Source of the DNA: a virus
Taxonomy: Duplodnaviria; Caudoviricetes
Length of the DNA: 52,166 bases
IMG/VR virus record: IMGVR_UViG_3300044274_000314
Location: 1 to 52,166 of that record
Reading direction: 5' to 3' (one strand)
The position numbers were made by a program, and so were the translations under genes. The notes under the pieces are model-generated. The model ran no database searches. It saw nothing but the letters and a program-made list of their open reading frames with translations, and was not told the origin of the DNA. Position 1 is the first letter of the stretch. Each line of letters starts with the position of its first letter. Shown here in pieces: positions 27,430 through 36,884 of this stretch.

Positions 27430-28925
27430 CAGACATTGTCCAGATTGTAGGAGGAGCCGTTGACCAGCTCGTTGAAGGCCCGCGACGTGGCGTCGACCTG
27501 GTCCTTGAAGGTGCCGGAGGGAAAGCTCTCCAGCTCTGAGAGGTATTCCTCATTCCATGGCCCTGCCACGATGAGGACGTTGCCGACCTGCGCCTGTGCA
27601 GCGAACGGTTCGGCACGCGTTTCCTTGTCACCGGTCTCGGTCGATGCCGTGTAGCTGTAACCTGCGAGCTGGCGGATCAGATACTGGACCTGCGCCTTAC
27701 CTGCCTGCCCCGGGTCCTGCGGAATCGAGCCCCGGACCCCGTATCCGTCCTGGGAGGCCGTGTTCTTCAGGAGCGTTTCGACTTCCGCAGCGGTGCCCTG
27801 TTTGCGGCGCACGTCGGCGATGACGTACCGGCCATCAGGCATCCGCCCCATCTTCACGCCCGCAGTGTACGCGGCCCGTGTCGAACGTGTGGCCGCGAAG
27901 TCCCAGCCCCGGACCCAGATGCAGCCCGTAGGCACAGCCGGGATGATCTCAAACCAGTCCCGCTTGAACATGCCGCCGCCCCGAGGGAACGGGCGCTGCT
28001 GGTACTGGCCAGCCCAGCTGTACTCGCCGGCCTTCTTCAGCTTGTCGATCGCAGTGCGAGGGAATCGCACCGGGTCCATCAGCTCCCCATCGGTCTCCCG
28101 CGGGTCGGTCCAGCCGATCGGCGTGGTCACCCGGCGTTCGGGCTCGAACTCCATCGGGATACAGAGGTGGGTGAACCCAAGGTCCCGGGCCAGCAGCGTG
28201 CCGGTCAGGTCGGTTTCATGCAGCCGCTGCATCACGATCACGATTGCGGAGGTCTCCGCATCGTTGGTTCGGTTGAGGCCGCCCTCGAGGAATTCCCGGC
28301 AGGCTCGTGAGCGCTCTGCTTCCGATTCCGCGCCCCTAATCGAGTGCGGATCATCGACCACCAGGCGGTCACCCCGCTTACCGGTGACGGCTGCAAAGGT
28401 CACGCCCTCACGGGTACCGGTGTCGGCGTTCTCGAACGAGAGCTCCGCAGTCCGGGTCAGCGACACTTCCGGCCAGAGCGTCTGGTACCAGTCCGAGAGG
28501 ATCAGGTTCCGGGTCTTCCGCGTGTCACGCTTGACGTTGCCCTCTTCGAAGGAGGTGGACACGAACTTGTTATGGCGGAGCCCACATGGCCCCCACTCCC
28601 ACGACTGCCAGAGAACTGACACGATCGTGGACTTGGACGAGCCGGGCGGCACGTTGATGATCAGCCACGGGGACATGCGGCCAAAGGTGATAGCCTCCAG
28701 GTGGTCGCACATGGCCTGCATGTGCCAGTTCCACTTGAGCGTGGTTCCTGGCTCGATGATGGGCCACGCTTCCTTCACGTACCCAGCAAACGACTTGCAG
28801 CGCCTGCGGATGGCGTCCGCGTCCTGTCTGGCTGCCTCCAGTTTCCGGCGCTCGATCTCCCGCTGGTAGGCCTCGATGCTGAGCGGGAGCGTCGGCGCGC
28901 TATCCTTCAGCGCTGTTGCTGTCAT
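27429..28925 (-). CDS. terL: Terminase large subunit
   Basis: INVPPGSSKS (Walker A), VVDDPH (Walker B), MQRLHE.DL, YQQRP, RGWDFA, DQVDA nuclease. Confidence 0.96.
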   Translation of the reverse strand: MTATALKDSAPTLPLSIEAYQREIERRKLEAARQDADAIRRRCKSFAGYVKEAWPIIEPGTTLKWNWHMQAMCDHLEAITFGRMSPWLIINVPPGSSKSTIVSVLWQSWEWGPCGLRHNKFVSTSFEEGNVKRDTRKTRNLILSDWYQTLWPEVSLTRTAELSFENADTGTREGVTFAAVTGKRGDRLVVDDPHSIRGAESEAERSRACREFLEGGLNRTNDAETSAIVIVMQRLHETDLTGTLLARDLGFTHLCIPMEFEPERRVTTPIGWTDPRETDGELMDPVRFPRTAIDKLKKAGEYSWAGQYQQRPFPRGGGMFKRDWFEIIPAVPTGCIWVRGWDFAATRSTRAAYTAGVKMGRMPDGRYVIADVRRKQGTAAEVETLLKNTASQDGYGVRGSIPQDPGQAGKAQVQYLIRQLAGYSYTASTETGDKETRAEPFAAQAQVGNVLIVAGPWNEEYLSELESFPSGTFKDQVDATSRAFNELVNGSSYNLDNV

Positions 28926-29361
28926 CGGAAGACTGGCCGGTGATGGCCTGGCAGAGCGCGCCGTACTGCTCCAGCTGCTCGTCGGTCAGGCTGGACAGGT
29001 CGATGGTCTCGATCGGGCCACCGTTCCTGCCGGTGTGCTCGTTGGCGGTGCGATCCTTCTGGTCGAGCATCTGCTTGCCGAGCCAGATTTGCATGGCCAC
29101 GTTGCCGTTCTGAGCGTTCTTCCACTGCATGCGGCGGAGGGAAGCCTTGCCGGCATCGGAGTGCATTTTAAAGAACTCCGCAAAACCAGCGTACCCTTCC
29201 TCCTTCAGGCGGCGGTCAATTGTGTCCACCGAGCACTCGAAAACGGATGCGCACTCCTCTGCGGTGCACTGGATCGCACACATCGCTTCGAGTTGTTTCA
29301 GGTCGATTTCCTTGCGTGGGCGCCCGCCGACGTCGACTTCGGGTTCCTGCTGATCAGACAT
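28900..29361 (-). CDS. terS: Terminase small subunit
   Basis: GRPRKEID, N-terminal HTH, GKASLRR.QW..A..GN..M.IWLGKQ.L.Q.D; upstream of terL. Confidence 0.88.
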   Translation of the reverse strand: MSDQQEPEVDVGGRPRKEIDLKQLEAMCAIQCTAEECASVFECSVDTIDRRLKEEGYAGFAEFFKMHSDAGKASLRRMQWKNAQNGNVAMQIWLGKQMLDQKDRTANEHTGRNGGPIETIDLSSLTDEQLEQYGALCQAITGQSSDDSNSAEG

Positions 29362-30607
29362 CGGCCAACTCCTTCGCAGGGACGCGCTCTGCCTTCAGGC
29401 CGGTGAAGTCCTCCCAGCGTTTGACGATCACGTCGCAATAGGCGGGGTTCAGCTCCAGGCCACGGCAGTGGCGGCCTTCCATCTCGCAGGCGATGAGGGT
29501 GGTGCCGGAGCCGAGGAACGGATCGTAGACCGCCTGCCCGGCTTTCGAGTTGTTGAGGATTGGGCGGCGCATGCATTCGATCGGCTTCTGGGTGCCGTGG
29601 ATGGTCTTGCCATCATCGACATTGCCCTGAGTGCGGTGCATGTTCTGGATTTCCCAGAGCGTGGATTGCTTCCGGTCTCCGGCCCAATGCGCCTTGCCTC
29701 CGTTGCGCACCGCGTACCAGCACGGTTCATGCTGCCAGTGATAGTTTCCGCGCCCCATGACGAGGCTGTTCTTCGCCCAGATGATCTGGGACCGGACCTG
29801 ATAACCAGAGGCGACAAGCGAGTCCGCGACCGTGGCTGCATGCAGAGCACCGTGCCAGACGTAAGCGACGTCGCCGGGGAAGAGCTCCCACGCCTCGCGC
29901 CAGTCAGCGCGGTCATCGTTCAGGACCTTTCCTTCGGCGCGTTTCTGATGAGCCTTGTTCACGCCAGCTTCCAGACGCCACTTCGGATCATACTTCACGC
30001 CATAGGGAGGATCGGTGACCATCAGGTGCGGAACCGCACCTCCCAGCGCTTTTGCAACCGCATCCGCATCAGTGGAGTCGCCGCAGCAGAGCCGGTGGTT
30101 TCCGAGGATCCAGACGTCGCCCTCCTGGGTCGCCGGGTCAGCAGGAGCTTCCGGGATATCGTCGGGGTCGGTCTTTCCCTCGGTACCGGCCGAGAGGATG
30201 GACAGCACGTCCACCGGGTCAAAGCCTGTGAGGCCGATATCGAAATCTGTGTCCCCGAGCTCTGCGAGTTCGAGGCGGAGGATATCCTTGTCCCACCCAG
30301 CGTTCAGAGCGAGCTGATTGTCCGCGAGGATGTAGGCGCGCTTCTGCTCATGCGACCAGCCGGTGGCGATGATCACCGGGACCTCATCGAGTCCCATTTT
30401 TTGCGCGGCCTGGAGGCGGCCGTGACCTGCGAGGACGCTGTTCTCTTCGTCTACGAGGATGGCGTTTGTCCACCCCCACTCCTCGATAGAGCGGATGATC
30501 TGCTGAACCTGCGCATCCGAGTGGGTGCGTGCGTTCTTCGGATCAGGCTTCAGGTCGGAGACGGCACGGCGCTCAACGCGGTCGGCCGGCCATTGCTGGT
30601 CGGTCAT
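29354..30607 (-). CDS. ParB-like N-terminal domain fused to an N6/N4 DNA methyltransferase
   Basis: NARTHS..Q, AGHGRL, ADNQLA (ParB); TDPPY, HGTQKP, DPFLGSGTT (MTase). Confidence 0.93.
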   Translation of the reverse strand: MTDQQWPADRVERRAVSDLKPDPKNARTHSDAQVQQIIRSIEEWGWTNAILVDEENSVLAGHGRLQAAQKMGLDEVPVIIATGWSHEQKRAYILADNQLALNAGWDKDILRLELAELGDTDFDIGLTGFDPVDVLSILSAGTEGKTDPDDIPEAPADPATQEGDVWILGNHRLCCGDSTDADAVAKALGGAVPHLMVTDPPYGVKYDPKWRLEAGVNKAHQKRAEGKVLNDDRADWREAWELFPGDVAYVWHGALHAATVADSLVASGYQVRSQIIWAKNSLVMGRGNYHWQHEPCWYAVRNGGKAHWAGDRKQSTLWEIQNMHRTQGNVDDGKTIHGTQKPIECMRRPILNNSKAGQAVYDPFLGSGTTLIACEMEGRHCRGLELNPAYCDVIVKRWEDFTGLKAERVPAKELADV

Positions 30608-30636
30608 GAAAACTTCCTGAGTATTGGGAAACGTAG

Positions 30637-30961
30637 CGGACAGCCTATCGCGCTCTTTCGGCTGTCCGGAGGCCCAGGGGAGCGCACCTCGAGGAATAGA
30701 GAGCCCCGGCGTACCCGTGCGGGACGGGAAGAGGCCGGGGCCGAATTGAACCTGCGGGCCGGGCGATCAACTCCGGCTGAAGCGACCTATTGAACACTGG
30801 AACGCCAGAGACATAGCGTGCCGCCAGCCTAGCTTGGCCTGTGTGTCTTCGAGCTTTCCACACCGCCGCAGGAACGAAAAACGCCTGCAGAGATCATCCG
30901 CAGGCGTAAGTTTCGAATTTGCATTAGACTCGCCTCTGAGGCGTTTTGATTCGTGCGTCAA
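30637..30961 (-). promoter_or_regulatory. Probable late promoter region with a hairpin-rich 5' leader
   Basis: Minus-strand TTGACG at 30961-30956 with no clear -10; several inverted repeats upstream of the first late gene. Confidence 0.4.
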
Positions 30962-31217
30962 CTGAAAGCTTCATATTCGGGCGGACGCGGGGCATGAGCC
31001 GACGAAGTTTGTTTCGGTTCCGAATAACAAATTCACCGAGGGAAATCTGGGTATTGATATCTGCGGTGCGCCTATAGCTTGCGACGGTGCCGCCCGCTTC
31101 GAACCCGGCTGGCGGCCAATCATCCATGTAGTCAGGAACTTGATAAATGACTTCCCGGATTGGAGCGTTCTCGGCAAGACGACCGCACCCAAAGGAAAAG
31201 TGAACTCGCTCGCCCAT
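30924..31217 (-). CDS. Hypothetical protein in a lower-GC segment; possibly the 3' half of a split gene
   Basis: 97-aa ORF in frame with the upstream ORF across a single TAG. Confidence 0.35.
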   Translation of the reverse strand: MGERVHFSFGCGRLAENAPIREVIYQVPDYMDDWPPAGFEAGGTVASYRRTADINTQISLGEFVIRNRNKLRRLMPRVRPNMKLSVDARIKTPQRRV

Positions 31218-31220
31218 ACC

Positions 31221-31514
31221 CTACTCCCAATAGCTGAACCACAACTCTCCGCGCTCGCATCCTGTTGTTTGAACGCGCAATAGAATATTAAGCCTGACCA
31301 CCTCGATATCCTCTTTGGACGGGTTTTCGTGGTTCAGTTTGGAGCCTTTGATTTTTAGAGTCTGCACAACTCTGTAGATCGCTCTCACTGCTCCTGACCG
31401 TGAGAGTGGCGTGGAAACACTCAATTCATTGGCCAACCGCCCCCATGCTGTGGATCCACCCATGCTGACGACTTTCTCGAGGCCGGAACATCTGCCTTGA
31501 CCGGACGGTGTCAT
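31221..31514 (-). CDS. Hypothetical protein in a lower-GC segment; possibly the 5' half of a split gene
   Basis: ATG overlaps the upstream TAA; atypical codon usage. Confidence 0.3.
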   Translation of the reverse strand: MTPSGQGRCSGLEKVVSMGGSTAWGRLANELSVSTPLSRSGAVRAIYRVVQTLKIKGSKLNHENPSKEDIEVVRLNILLRVQTTGCERGELWFSYWE

Positions 31515-32044
31515 TAGATCCTCCACATCCGGATCAGCGCATCGAGCCCAATCCGGAGCTTTACGACCTGGTCCGTCCGCGGCTGAACGTTGTCGATGCA
31601 GACCCGATCGATGATCTTCCGAACGTCGGTCCCGCAGTCGTAGACGCACATCCACGCCTTGCGCCAGCGGTACGCTGACTTCCCGTCATCCGGTGCATCG
31701 GCAGGCGAGGAGCCATTGTCCACCCACTCGCTGAGACGGGGCGAGGACGGACCTGGATTGATGCCCGTTGCCCTGAGAGCCTGCATCCGCGCCATCGCGT
31801 ACCGACGACCGGCTTCAGCCTGCTTCTCCGAGATGACCCGGCTGACCGGTGCGGCCAGGAGGTCGAGAACACAATCGATCTCGCCCGTGGCGTTCTTCGA
31901 GCCGAGCAGCTCCTCCCGGCGCGCCATGGCCTCCGGCGTCGGGCCTGGGCGATCGTACTCGCTCTTCCGGATCTGGCCGTTCGGCTGACGTGGGGCGAGT
32001 GCGCGACGTTTCCTGCCTGCGCGGCGACGTGGTTTCTTAGCCAT
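31514..32044 (-). CDS. DUF6456-like late-gene regulator (GafA C-terminal / Q-analogue position)
   Basis: ISEKQAEAG.RY...V..VC.D......LR.GLDAL...W; last early gene before the late operon; GGAGG RBS. Confidence 0.7.
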   Translation of the reverse strand: MAKKPRRRAGRKRRALAPRQPNGQIRKSEYDRPGPTPEAMARREELLGSKNATGEIDCVLDLLAAPVSRVISEKQAEAGRRYAMARMQALRATGINPGPSSPRLSEWVDNGSSPADAPDDGKSAYRWRKAWMCVYDCGTDVRKIIDRVCIDNVQPRTDQVVKLRIGLDALIRMWRI

Positions 32045-32729
32045 TGGTGACCTCCTCCGGCGGTTCAAATAAGTCTGATGTGGCGTAGTCGGGGACGAGC
32101 TCTGCAGCCTGGAGACGGAGTATCCGGGCCTCGAGCTCTTTGGCTTCGGCCTGAAGACGCAGGACATCTGCTCGGGCTTTCACCCGGTCCCGTAGAATCT
32201 CGGCGACCGCACGCCCTAGCTGGGTCTTCATTTCGATGTGGCGGAGCCACTGGCGTTCCTGCCATGCGCGGCCGATCGGCATGTTCGGTGCGCGCCAGAG
32301 CGCGACCTTCATCAGGAACCAGTCCGGCACTTCGGCTTTGCGGACCTGCGCACGCTTCCGCCGTTTGAAGTTGCCGTCCTCGAGGACCAGCCAGCCAGCC
32401 TCTGCAGGGATCTCGTCCTTGCTGCAGATGTCCGGCGTCGTCACGAAGTCGAATCGTGTGCAGTACGGCAGGTACTTGCGCCACTTTTCGCTCCGGAGCT
32501 CGCCGACGAAATCCTCCCGGCGGGCCTTCACCTCGAAGATTCGAGGGTCGGTCAGCTTGTTGCGTCGGGTGTCGACCGCATAGGCATCGGGCCTGCATTT
32601 GTAGAGCTCAATCTCGGCCCACGCAGCCGTGCTGGGCTGGCCGCACAACCAGGTCAGCAGCGTCTGCTGCAGGTGGTCGTGCCCGTTCGGGCGTCGCCAC
32701 GCATCCGGATCATAGGCGCCGGGCTTCAC
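32037..32729 (-). CDS. MmcB-like PD-(D/E)XK endonuclease
   Basis: RPD...IFEVK.RREDF..E....KW..YL.YC.RF.F...EIP.EAG. Confidence 0.8.
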   Translation of the reverse strand: MKPGAYDPDAWRRPNGHDHLQQTLLTWLCGQPSTAAWAEIELYKCRPDAYAVDTRRNKLTDPRIFEVKARREDFVGELRSEKWRKYLPYCTRFDFVTTPDICSKDEIPAEAGWLVLEDGNFKRRKRAQVRKAEVPDWFLMKVALWRAPNMPIGRAWQERQWLRHIEMKTQLGRAVAEILRDRVKARADVLRLQAEAKELEARILRLQAAELVPDYATSDLFEPPEEVTNG

Positions 32730-33274
32730 GAGCGGGTGTGCCTCGCGGTCACCGCCGACCGGCGGATCATGTATTCCGGCGTCTGGTTGGCCGATCGCTG
32801 CTGGTGCTCGGCGCAGTAGCTGGCAGTCGCGTCGGAGACGACGCGGCCGCAGAACAGGTGCGCCTCATTGCCCTGCGCGTCGTTAACCGGCCAGCGACAC
32901 TCATTTCGTGCCAGTTCTATGATCTCCACACGCCGCATCGGCTCTGCCTTCCTGGGGGCACGCTTCGCTTTCGGGAGCTTCGGTTCCTCACGCTTTGCCG
33001 TTTGTGGCGCGACAGGCGGCGACACAGGCGGTTTCGGGGCCGGAGGCGGCTTCGGCGCCATCTTCTTCCTGATCTGCACAGGGCGCGAAGGAATCGCGCG
33101 GCTGTCGAGTTGCAGGCGGTGGCGCCGGCCGATCACGGAATTGCGGCTGCGGCCGTTGCCGAACCGTGCGTTCAAGAGCCGGGCGATCGTGGTGGCCGAG
33201 TGGCCCTGCGCCCATTCCTGCCGGAGCATCGCGTCCTCGGCCGGCGCCCATGCTATACCTCTTCCGCTGCTCAT
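32726..33274 (-). CDS. gcrA: GcrA-family transcriptional regulator
   Basis: W......L...WAQGHSA..IA......SRNSVIG..HRL; C-terminal L....CRWPV.D.......FCG.......YC.EH. Confidence 0.9.
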   Translation of the reverse strand: MSSGRGIAWAPAEDAMLRQEWAQGHSATTIARLLNARFGNGRSRNSVIGRRHRLQLDSRAIPSRPVQIRKKMAPKPPPAPKPPVSPPVAPQTAKREEPKLPKAKRAPRKAEPMRRVEIIELARNECRWPVNDAQGNEAHLFCGRVVSDATASYCAEHQQRSANQTPEYMIRRSAVTARHTRS

Positions 33275-33624
33275 GCGCTGATCACCTCCGGTGTGGATTG
33301 TTTCTGGAAAAGGCCGACCAGGGTCTGCATGCCCTCGGAGGTATCCAGCCGCTGCAGGCGGCGGAACCAGTTGGCCGGCCATAGATCGATCGTGGTGGAG
33401 GGCGACCAGGTGTCGATGCACCAGGCCTCGAAGTCCGTGTTTTCGACGCCGATGCTGATCAGATCCACCTTGGCCACGAGGCCGGTGCAGATCGGACCGT
33501 TCGCCGGGTATGACTTCAGCACCGTGAAGATCTGATTCCGGCACAGCGGAAACTTCGTGCTCGCAAACGGTACGCCCGGCCAGTCGTCCAGGACGCTCGC
33601 GACTTTCTCACCGACCTCGAACAT
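33271..33624 (-). CDS. Hypothetical protein, 117 aa
   Basis: Coupled by overlaps on both sides. Confidence 0.65.
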   Translation of the reverse strand: MFEVGEKVASVLDDWPGVPFASTKFPLCRNQIFTVLKSYPANGPICTGLVAKVDLISIGVENTDFEAWCIDTWSPSTTIDLWPANWFRRLQRLDTSEGMQTLVGLFQKQSTPEVISA

Positions 33625-34580
33625 CAGGCCGCCCTCCTCTCGATGCTGTATTTTTCGTAAAGCTCCGCCGGGTAGTCGGCCGCAGGATCGCGGGGGTCGA
33701 TCGGGAACTCATAGCGCTCGCCGATCCACTCCCCGAGCTGGGGCAACATACGGAAGCTGAATTCCAGCTCCTCCGCCCAAGGTTTGCGGACTTGCGCCGA
33801 ATCGTCAGTATCGTGCGCGCGCTCCTGCGGCATCCACTCTCCGAACTTGCGATCTTTGAACCATCGGTGGACGCCAGGAACGAACTTGAAATCTTCGCGC
33901 CGGTTTTCCGGATCAGCGAGATAGTTCTCCCAGCCAGCCAGAAGGCGTTCGGCAGAAAACTCCTTCAGAAGATTTTTGATCTGCCCCTGCAGGAGCTCGA
34001 CCGACGAACGCCCCCGCGATGACTTCGGTGATGCGTTCCAAATCTTCCGAACCGCATCGCTCACGCTCGCGGGTGGTTCAGTGGATCCTTCATTGGATTC
34101 TTCTATTGGACTATTCTGTGGACTCTGTGTCAGGGGGTCGCGGACACTCTGTCCGGGGGTCGCGGACTCTGTGTCAGGGGGTTGCGGACATTCTGTCAGG
34201 GAGTTGCCAACGTTTTGTTCTCCGGCTTCATCCTGCTCGGACAAATTGTCCGGTAGTTTTGAGAGGCGAGTTTCGAGGCTCTCAAGGACGTCCGGAAGCG
34301 CACGAATGGTCTTCAATCTGATATCCCAAACCTTGATCTCCCCGCCCCGGAACTTCTTTGTCCCGACCTGACTAATGACGCCCAGTTCAGAGAGGGTCGT
34401 CCAAGCGCGCCGGACCGTCCTGGCTGTGATTTCGCACCGGGCTGCGAGCCTGTCGGCGCTAGGCCAGACGTGAGTGTCATCGATCTCGTTCACATGAGCG
34501 GCCATCATGGTCATGACCTGCTTCAGGGTCGGCGACCCGAACCCCTTTCTCATAACAAGCGCCATTACTTCGAAGTTCAT
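33624..34580 (-). CDS. Replication initiator (N-terminal winged HTH, lambda O analogue)
   Basis: K.V...MA......WPS..RLA..CE...RTVRR....L...G.I; internal iterons; adjacent to DnaB. Confidence 0.85.
   Translation of the reverse strand: MNFEVMALVMRKGFGSPTLKQVMTMMAAHVNEIDDTHVWPSADRLAARCEITARTVRRAWTTLSELGVISQVGTKKFRGGEIKVWDIRLKTIRALPDVLESLETRLSKLPDNLSEQDEAGEQNVGNSLTECPQPPDTESATPGQSVRDPLTQSPQNSPIEESNEGSTEPPASVSDAVRKIWNASPKSSRGRSSVELLQGQIKNLLKEFSAERLLAGWENYLADPENRREDFKFVPGVHRWFKDRKFGEWMPQERAHDTDDSAQVRKPWAEELEFSFRMLPQLGEWIGERYEFPIDPRDPAADYPAELYEKYSIERRAA
34120..34260. repeat. Replication-origin iterons: four tandem 22-bp repeats plus one degenerate copy
   Basis: GGACTCTGTGTCAGGGGGTCGC, GGACACTCTGTCCGGGGGTCGC, GGACTCTGTGTCAGGGGGTTGC, GGACATTCTGTCAGGGAGTTGC (34120-34207); GGACAAATTGTCCGGTAGTT at ~34239. 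Confidence 0.85.
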
Positions 34581-36100
34581 ACGAGTTGCTCCTCCAATTG
34601 TTCGAGTTCTGATTTGCTGGTGACGAGGCAGTCGGTGCCGGCATCGTAGTGCGCGACGATCCGGCCGACCTGGCCGTGACGGTTCTTCGCTGCGTTGAGC
34701 TCGATCTTGCCTTTGGCGTCGGAGATGTCCGACCACCACTGCATCCACTTCTTTTCCGTCTCGCTGCCACTGGCGCCATGCGGCGGCTCGGATTTGGCGA
34801 GGTAGTATTCGTCGCGGTAGCAGAAGATGACGATATCGGCGTCCTGCTCGATCGACCCGGAGCCCCGGAGGTCAGCCAGCTGGGGACGTTTGTTTTCCCG
34901 CATTTCGCACTGGCGGCTGAGCTGGGAGAGCAGAATGATCGGGACGTTCAGGTCCTTGGCCAGCTGCTTTAGCGCTGAAGTCGTTCGCCCGAGCGCAGCC
35001 GCTTCGCTCTCTCCCGGCCGGAACATGAGGTTCATGATCTGCAGGTAGTCGATGACGATGAGGTCCAGGCGGCCAGCAGAGCGCTTCAGCGCCCGCGCAC
35101 GTGCCGCGATATCGCCGACGCTGAGTGCGCCCGTGTCATCGCAATACAGCGTGTCAGGGATGGCGTTGCGGCCTTCACGCAGGATCGCCAGCTGGTTGAT
35201 GCCGAGAGATCCGTTGCCGGCGTCCTGGTATTCGACCCGCCCTGCCCCGGTCTTGTGTGCGAGCGAGGAGATCAGGCGGATATCGTAGTCGGACTTCTCC
35301 ATCTCGAGCGAGAAGAAGCCGACCACATTGTTTCCGTCGCCATGGTCTGCCCGATCGGCAGCGACCGAGGCCGCTATGTTGGAGGCGACCCCCGACTTGC
35401 CCATACCCGGGCGGCCGGCGAGGACGATAAGGCGCCCCGGCACCAGGCCGCCGATCCTCTTGTCGAGTTCAGGCAGGCCGCTACGGAGCCCTCGGACCTG
35501 CCCGGGTTTCCCGTTCTGGACGATGTCCTCCATCTGCGCGTAGACGCGCACGGAGGATTCTGAAGCGGCCTCCCACTTCGAGCCGCGCAGGTGCATGTCC
35601 TCGATCGCCTGAAGGCTGTCACGCGCCTCCTCGAGCCATTCGGAAGGGTTGGTGCCCTCTTTCGGGTGACGTCCGCTGTCCTGCATGAGCTGGCCGGTAC
35701 TGATCAGCATGCGGCGAGCAGCCGAGTTCCGGACCATCACACAGTAGTCGGTGAGCTCAGCGCCAAAGGCCGCGGACTCAAGCAGGTCGATCAGGTAGTT
35801 TGCACCACCGATGTCCCGGACCTCCGGAGTCTGCTCAGCCCATTCGTGCATGATCACACCATCAGCGGTGAAGCCCGCTTCAATCAGGATCATTGCCCGA
35901 TGGAAAATCTTCTGGTGCGCGACCGCATAGAAGTCGTCCGCGCGAACAATCTCCCGGATCCGGTCGAGGTCCTGATTGTTGAACAGGATCGCACCAAGGA
36001 TCGCGGCCTCTGCGGAGAGGTTGTGCGGCTGCTTATCCGCCTCACCTTCCCGCTTCTGGCCGAAGCCGTGCACCCGGGCCATGTCGCTACCGTCAGCCAT
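34577..36100 (-). CDS. dnaB: Replicative DNA helicase, DnaB family
   Basis: PHNLSAE.AILG, LAGRPGMGKS, FFSLEM, VIDYLQ, LSQLSR, DLRGSGSIEQDAD, KNRHG. Confidence 0.96.
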   Translation of the reverse strand: MADGSDMARVHGFGQKREGEADKQPHNLSAEAAILGAILFNNQDLDRIREIVRADDFYAVAHQKIFHRAMILIEAGFTADGVIMHEWAEQTPEVRDIGGANYLIDLLESAAFGAELTDYCVMVRNSAARRMLISTGQLMQDSGRHPKEGTNPSEWLEEARDSLQAIEDMHLRGSKWEAASESSVRVYAQMEDIVQNGKPGQVRGLRSGLPELDKRIGGLVPGRLIVLAGRPGMGKSGVASNIAASVAADRADHGDGNNVVGFFSLEMEKSDYDIRLISSLAHKTGAGRVEYQDAGNGSLGINQLAILREGRNAIPDTLYCDDTGALSVGDIAARARALKRSAGRLDLIVIDYLQIMNLMFRPGESEAAALGRTTSALKQLAKDLNVPIILLSQLSRQCEMRENKRPQLADLRGSGSIEQDADIVIFCYRDEYYLAKSEPPHGASGSETEKKWMQWWSDISDAKGKIELNAAKNRHGQVGRIVAHYDAGTDCLVTSKSELEQLEEQLV

Positions 36101-36884
36101 TACAACCTCCATGAGCGCTCTGAGGAACCGTCACGGCCACATCGCCGCCCCCATCGAATTCCAGTTCGTCAAACTTGGTGGCCTCGTTGCCCCATGTGTC
36201 CCACCCGGGGCGGCTCTGGCGGCTGAAGAGTTCCAGGCGGCGCACGCCCGGCACCAGCGCTTCAGCGGCCGCAAAGGCCTCGTCCGGCTTGCGGGAATGC
36301 TCCCGGGCTTCGGCCATGATCACGGAGCGGACGTTCTTGGCCGTTTCAGGATTGCCGTTCGTGGCGATCAGAAACGGCTCATTGGCGCTTCTAAGGCGGT
36401 ATCCGGTGCCGAAATGCAGCTTCCCGGTGCGGGTGGTCTTCACCCACGTGCCGGCAGTCACGTACCGGAATCCCCACGCTTTGATGACCTCAATCGCTTG
36501 CGGGAGCATCGGGTTGGTTGCCCAGAGCCACAGAAGGCAGTCGCCCGCAGCGAGCTCGCCGACCGGCAGCGCCTTGATGTCCTCAAGCGGCATGCAGTCG
36601 TATTTTGCACTGGCGTTTTTATGCGCACCCTTGTCGGACCAGTTCTCAAACGACCATGGCGGGTCCGCCATGATCAGCCCGTAGGAGAAGGGCTGCAGCT
36701 TCGCGAAAACAGGTTCCGGATTACCGTCCTTAGCCGCCATATGAACAGGATCGACGGAAGTGGCGGCTTCCTCCCCTGCCCCCGGCGCGGGATTGACCTC
36801 CGAGGAGGCAGGACAGTCTTGTTTACCCAGTCCGTCCGGAACGGCATTGGGGGAGTAGGCCGGGGCTTGTTCGAAATCAGTCAT
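36093..36884 (-). CDS. MT-A70 family adenine methyltransferase
   Basis: ADPPW, Y.CM....IKALPV..LA..DC.LWLWAT, WGF.Y, REHSRKP, ELFSR..RPGW..WGNE; start uncertain. Confidence 0.93.
   Translation of the reverse strand: MTDFEQAPAYSPNAVPDGLGKQDCPASSEVNPAPGAGEEAATSVDPVHMAAKDGNPEPVFAKLQPFSYGLIMADPPWSFENWSDKGAHKNASAKYDCMPLEDIKALPVGELAAGDCLLWLWATNPMLPQAIEVIKAWGFRYVTAGTWVKTTRTGKLHFGTGYRLRSANEPFLIATNGNPETAKNVRSVIMAEAREHSRKPDEAFAAAEALVPGVRRLELFSRQSRPGWDTWGNEATKFDELEFDGGGDVAVTVPQSAHGGCNG

Noticed and set aside
30730-30800. Minus-strand GGTTCAATTC resembling a tRNA T-loop
   Set aside because: The flanking bases do not form a T-stem and I could not build a cloverleaf; tRNAscan-SE or ARAGORN would settle it.
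34120-34207. Regular repeats considered as a mini CRISPR array
   Set aside because: The repeats are directly adjacent with no unique spacers and there are no cas genes; iterons explain them.
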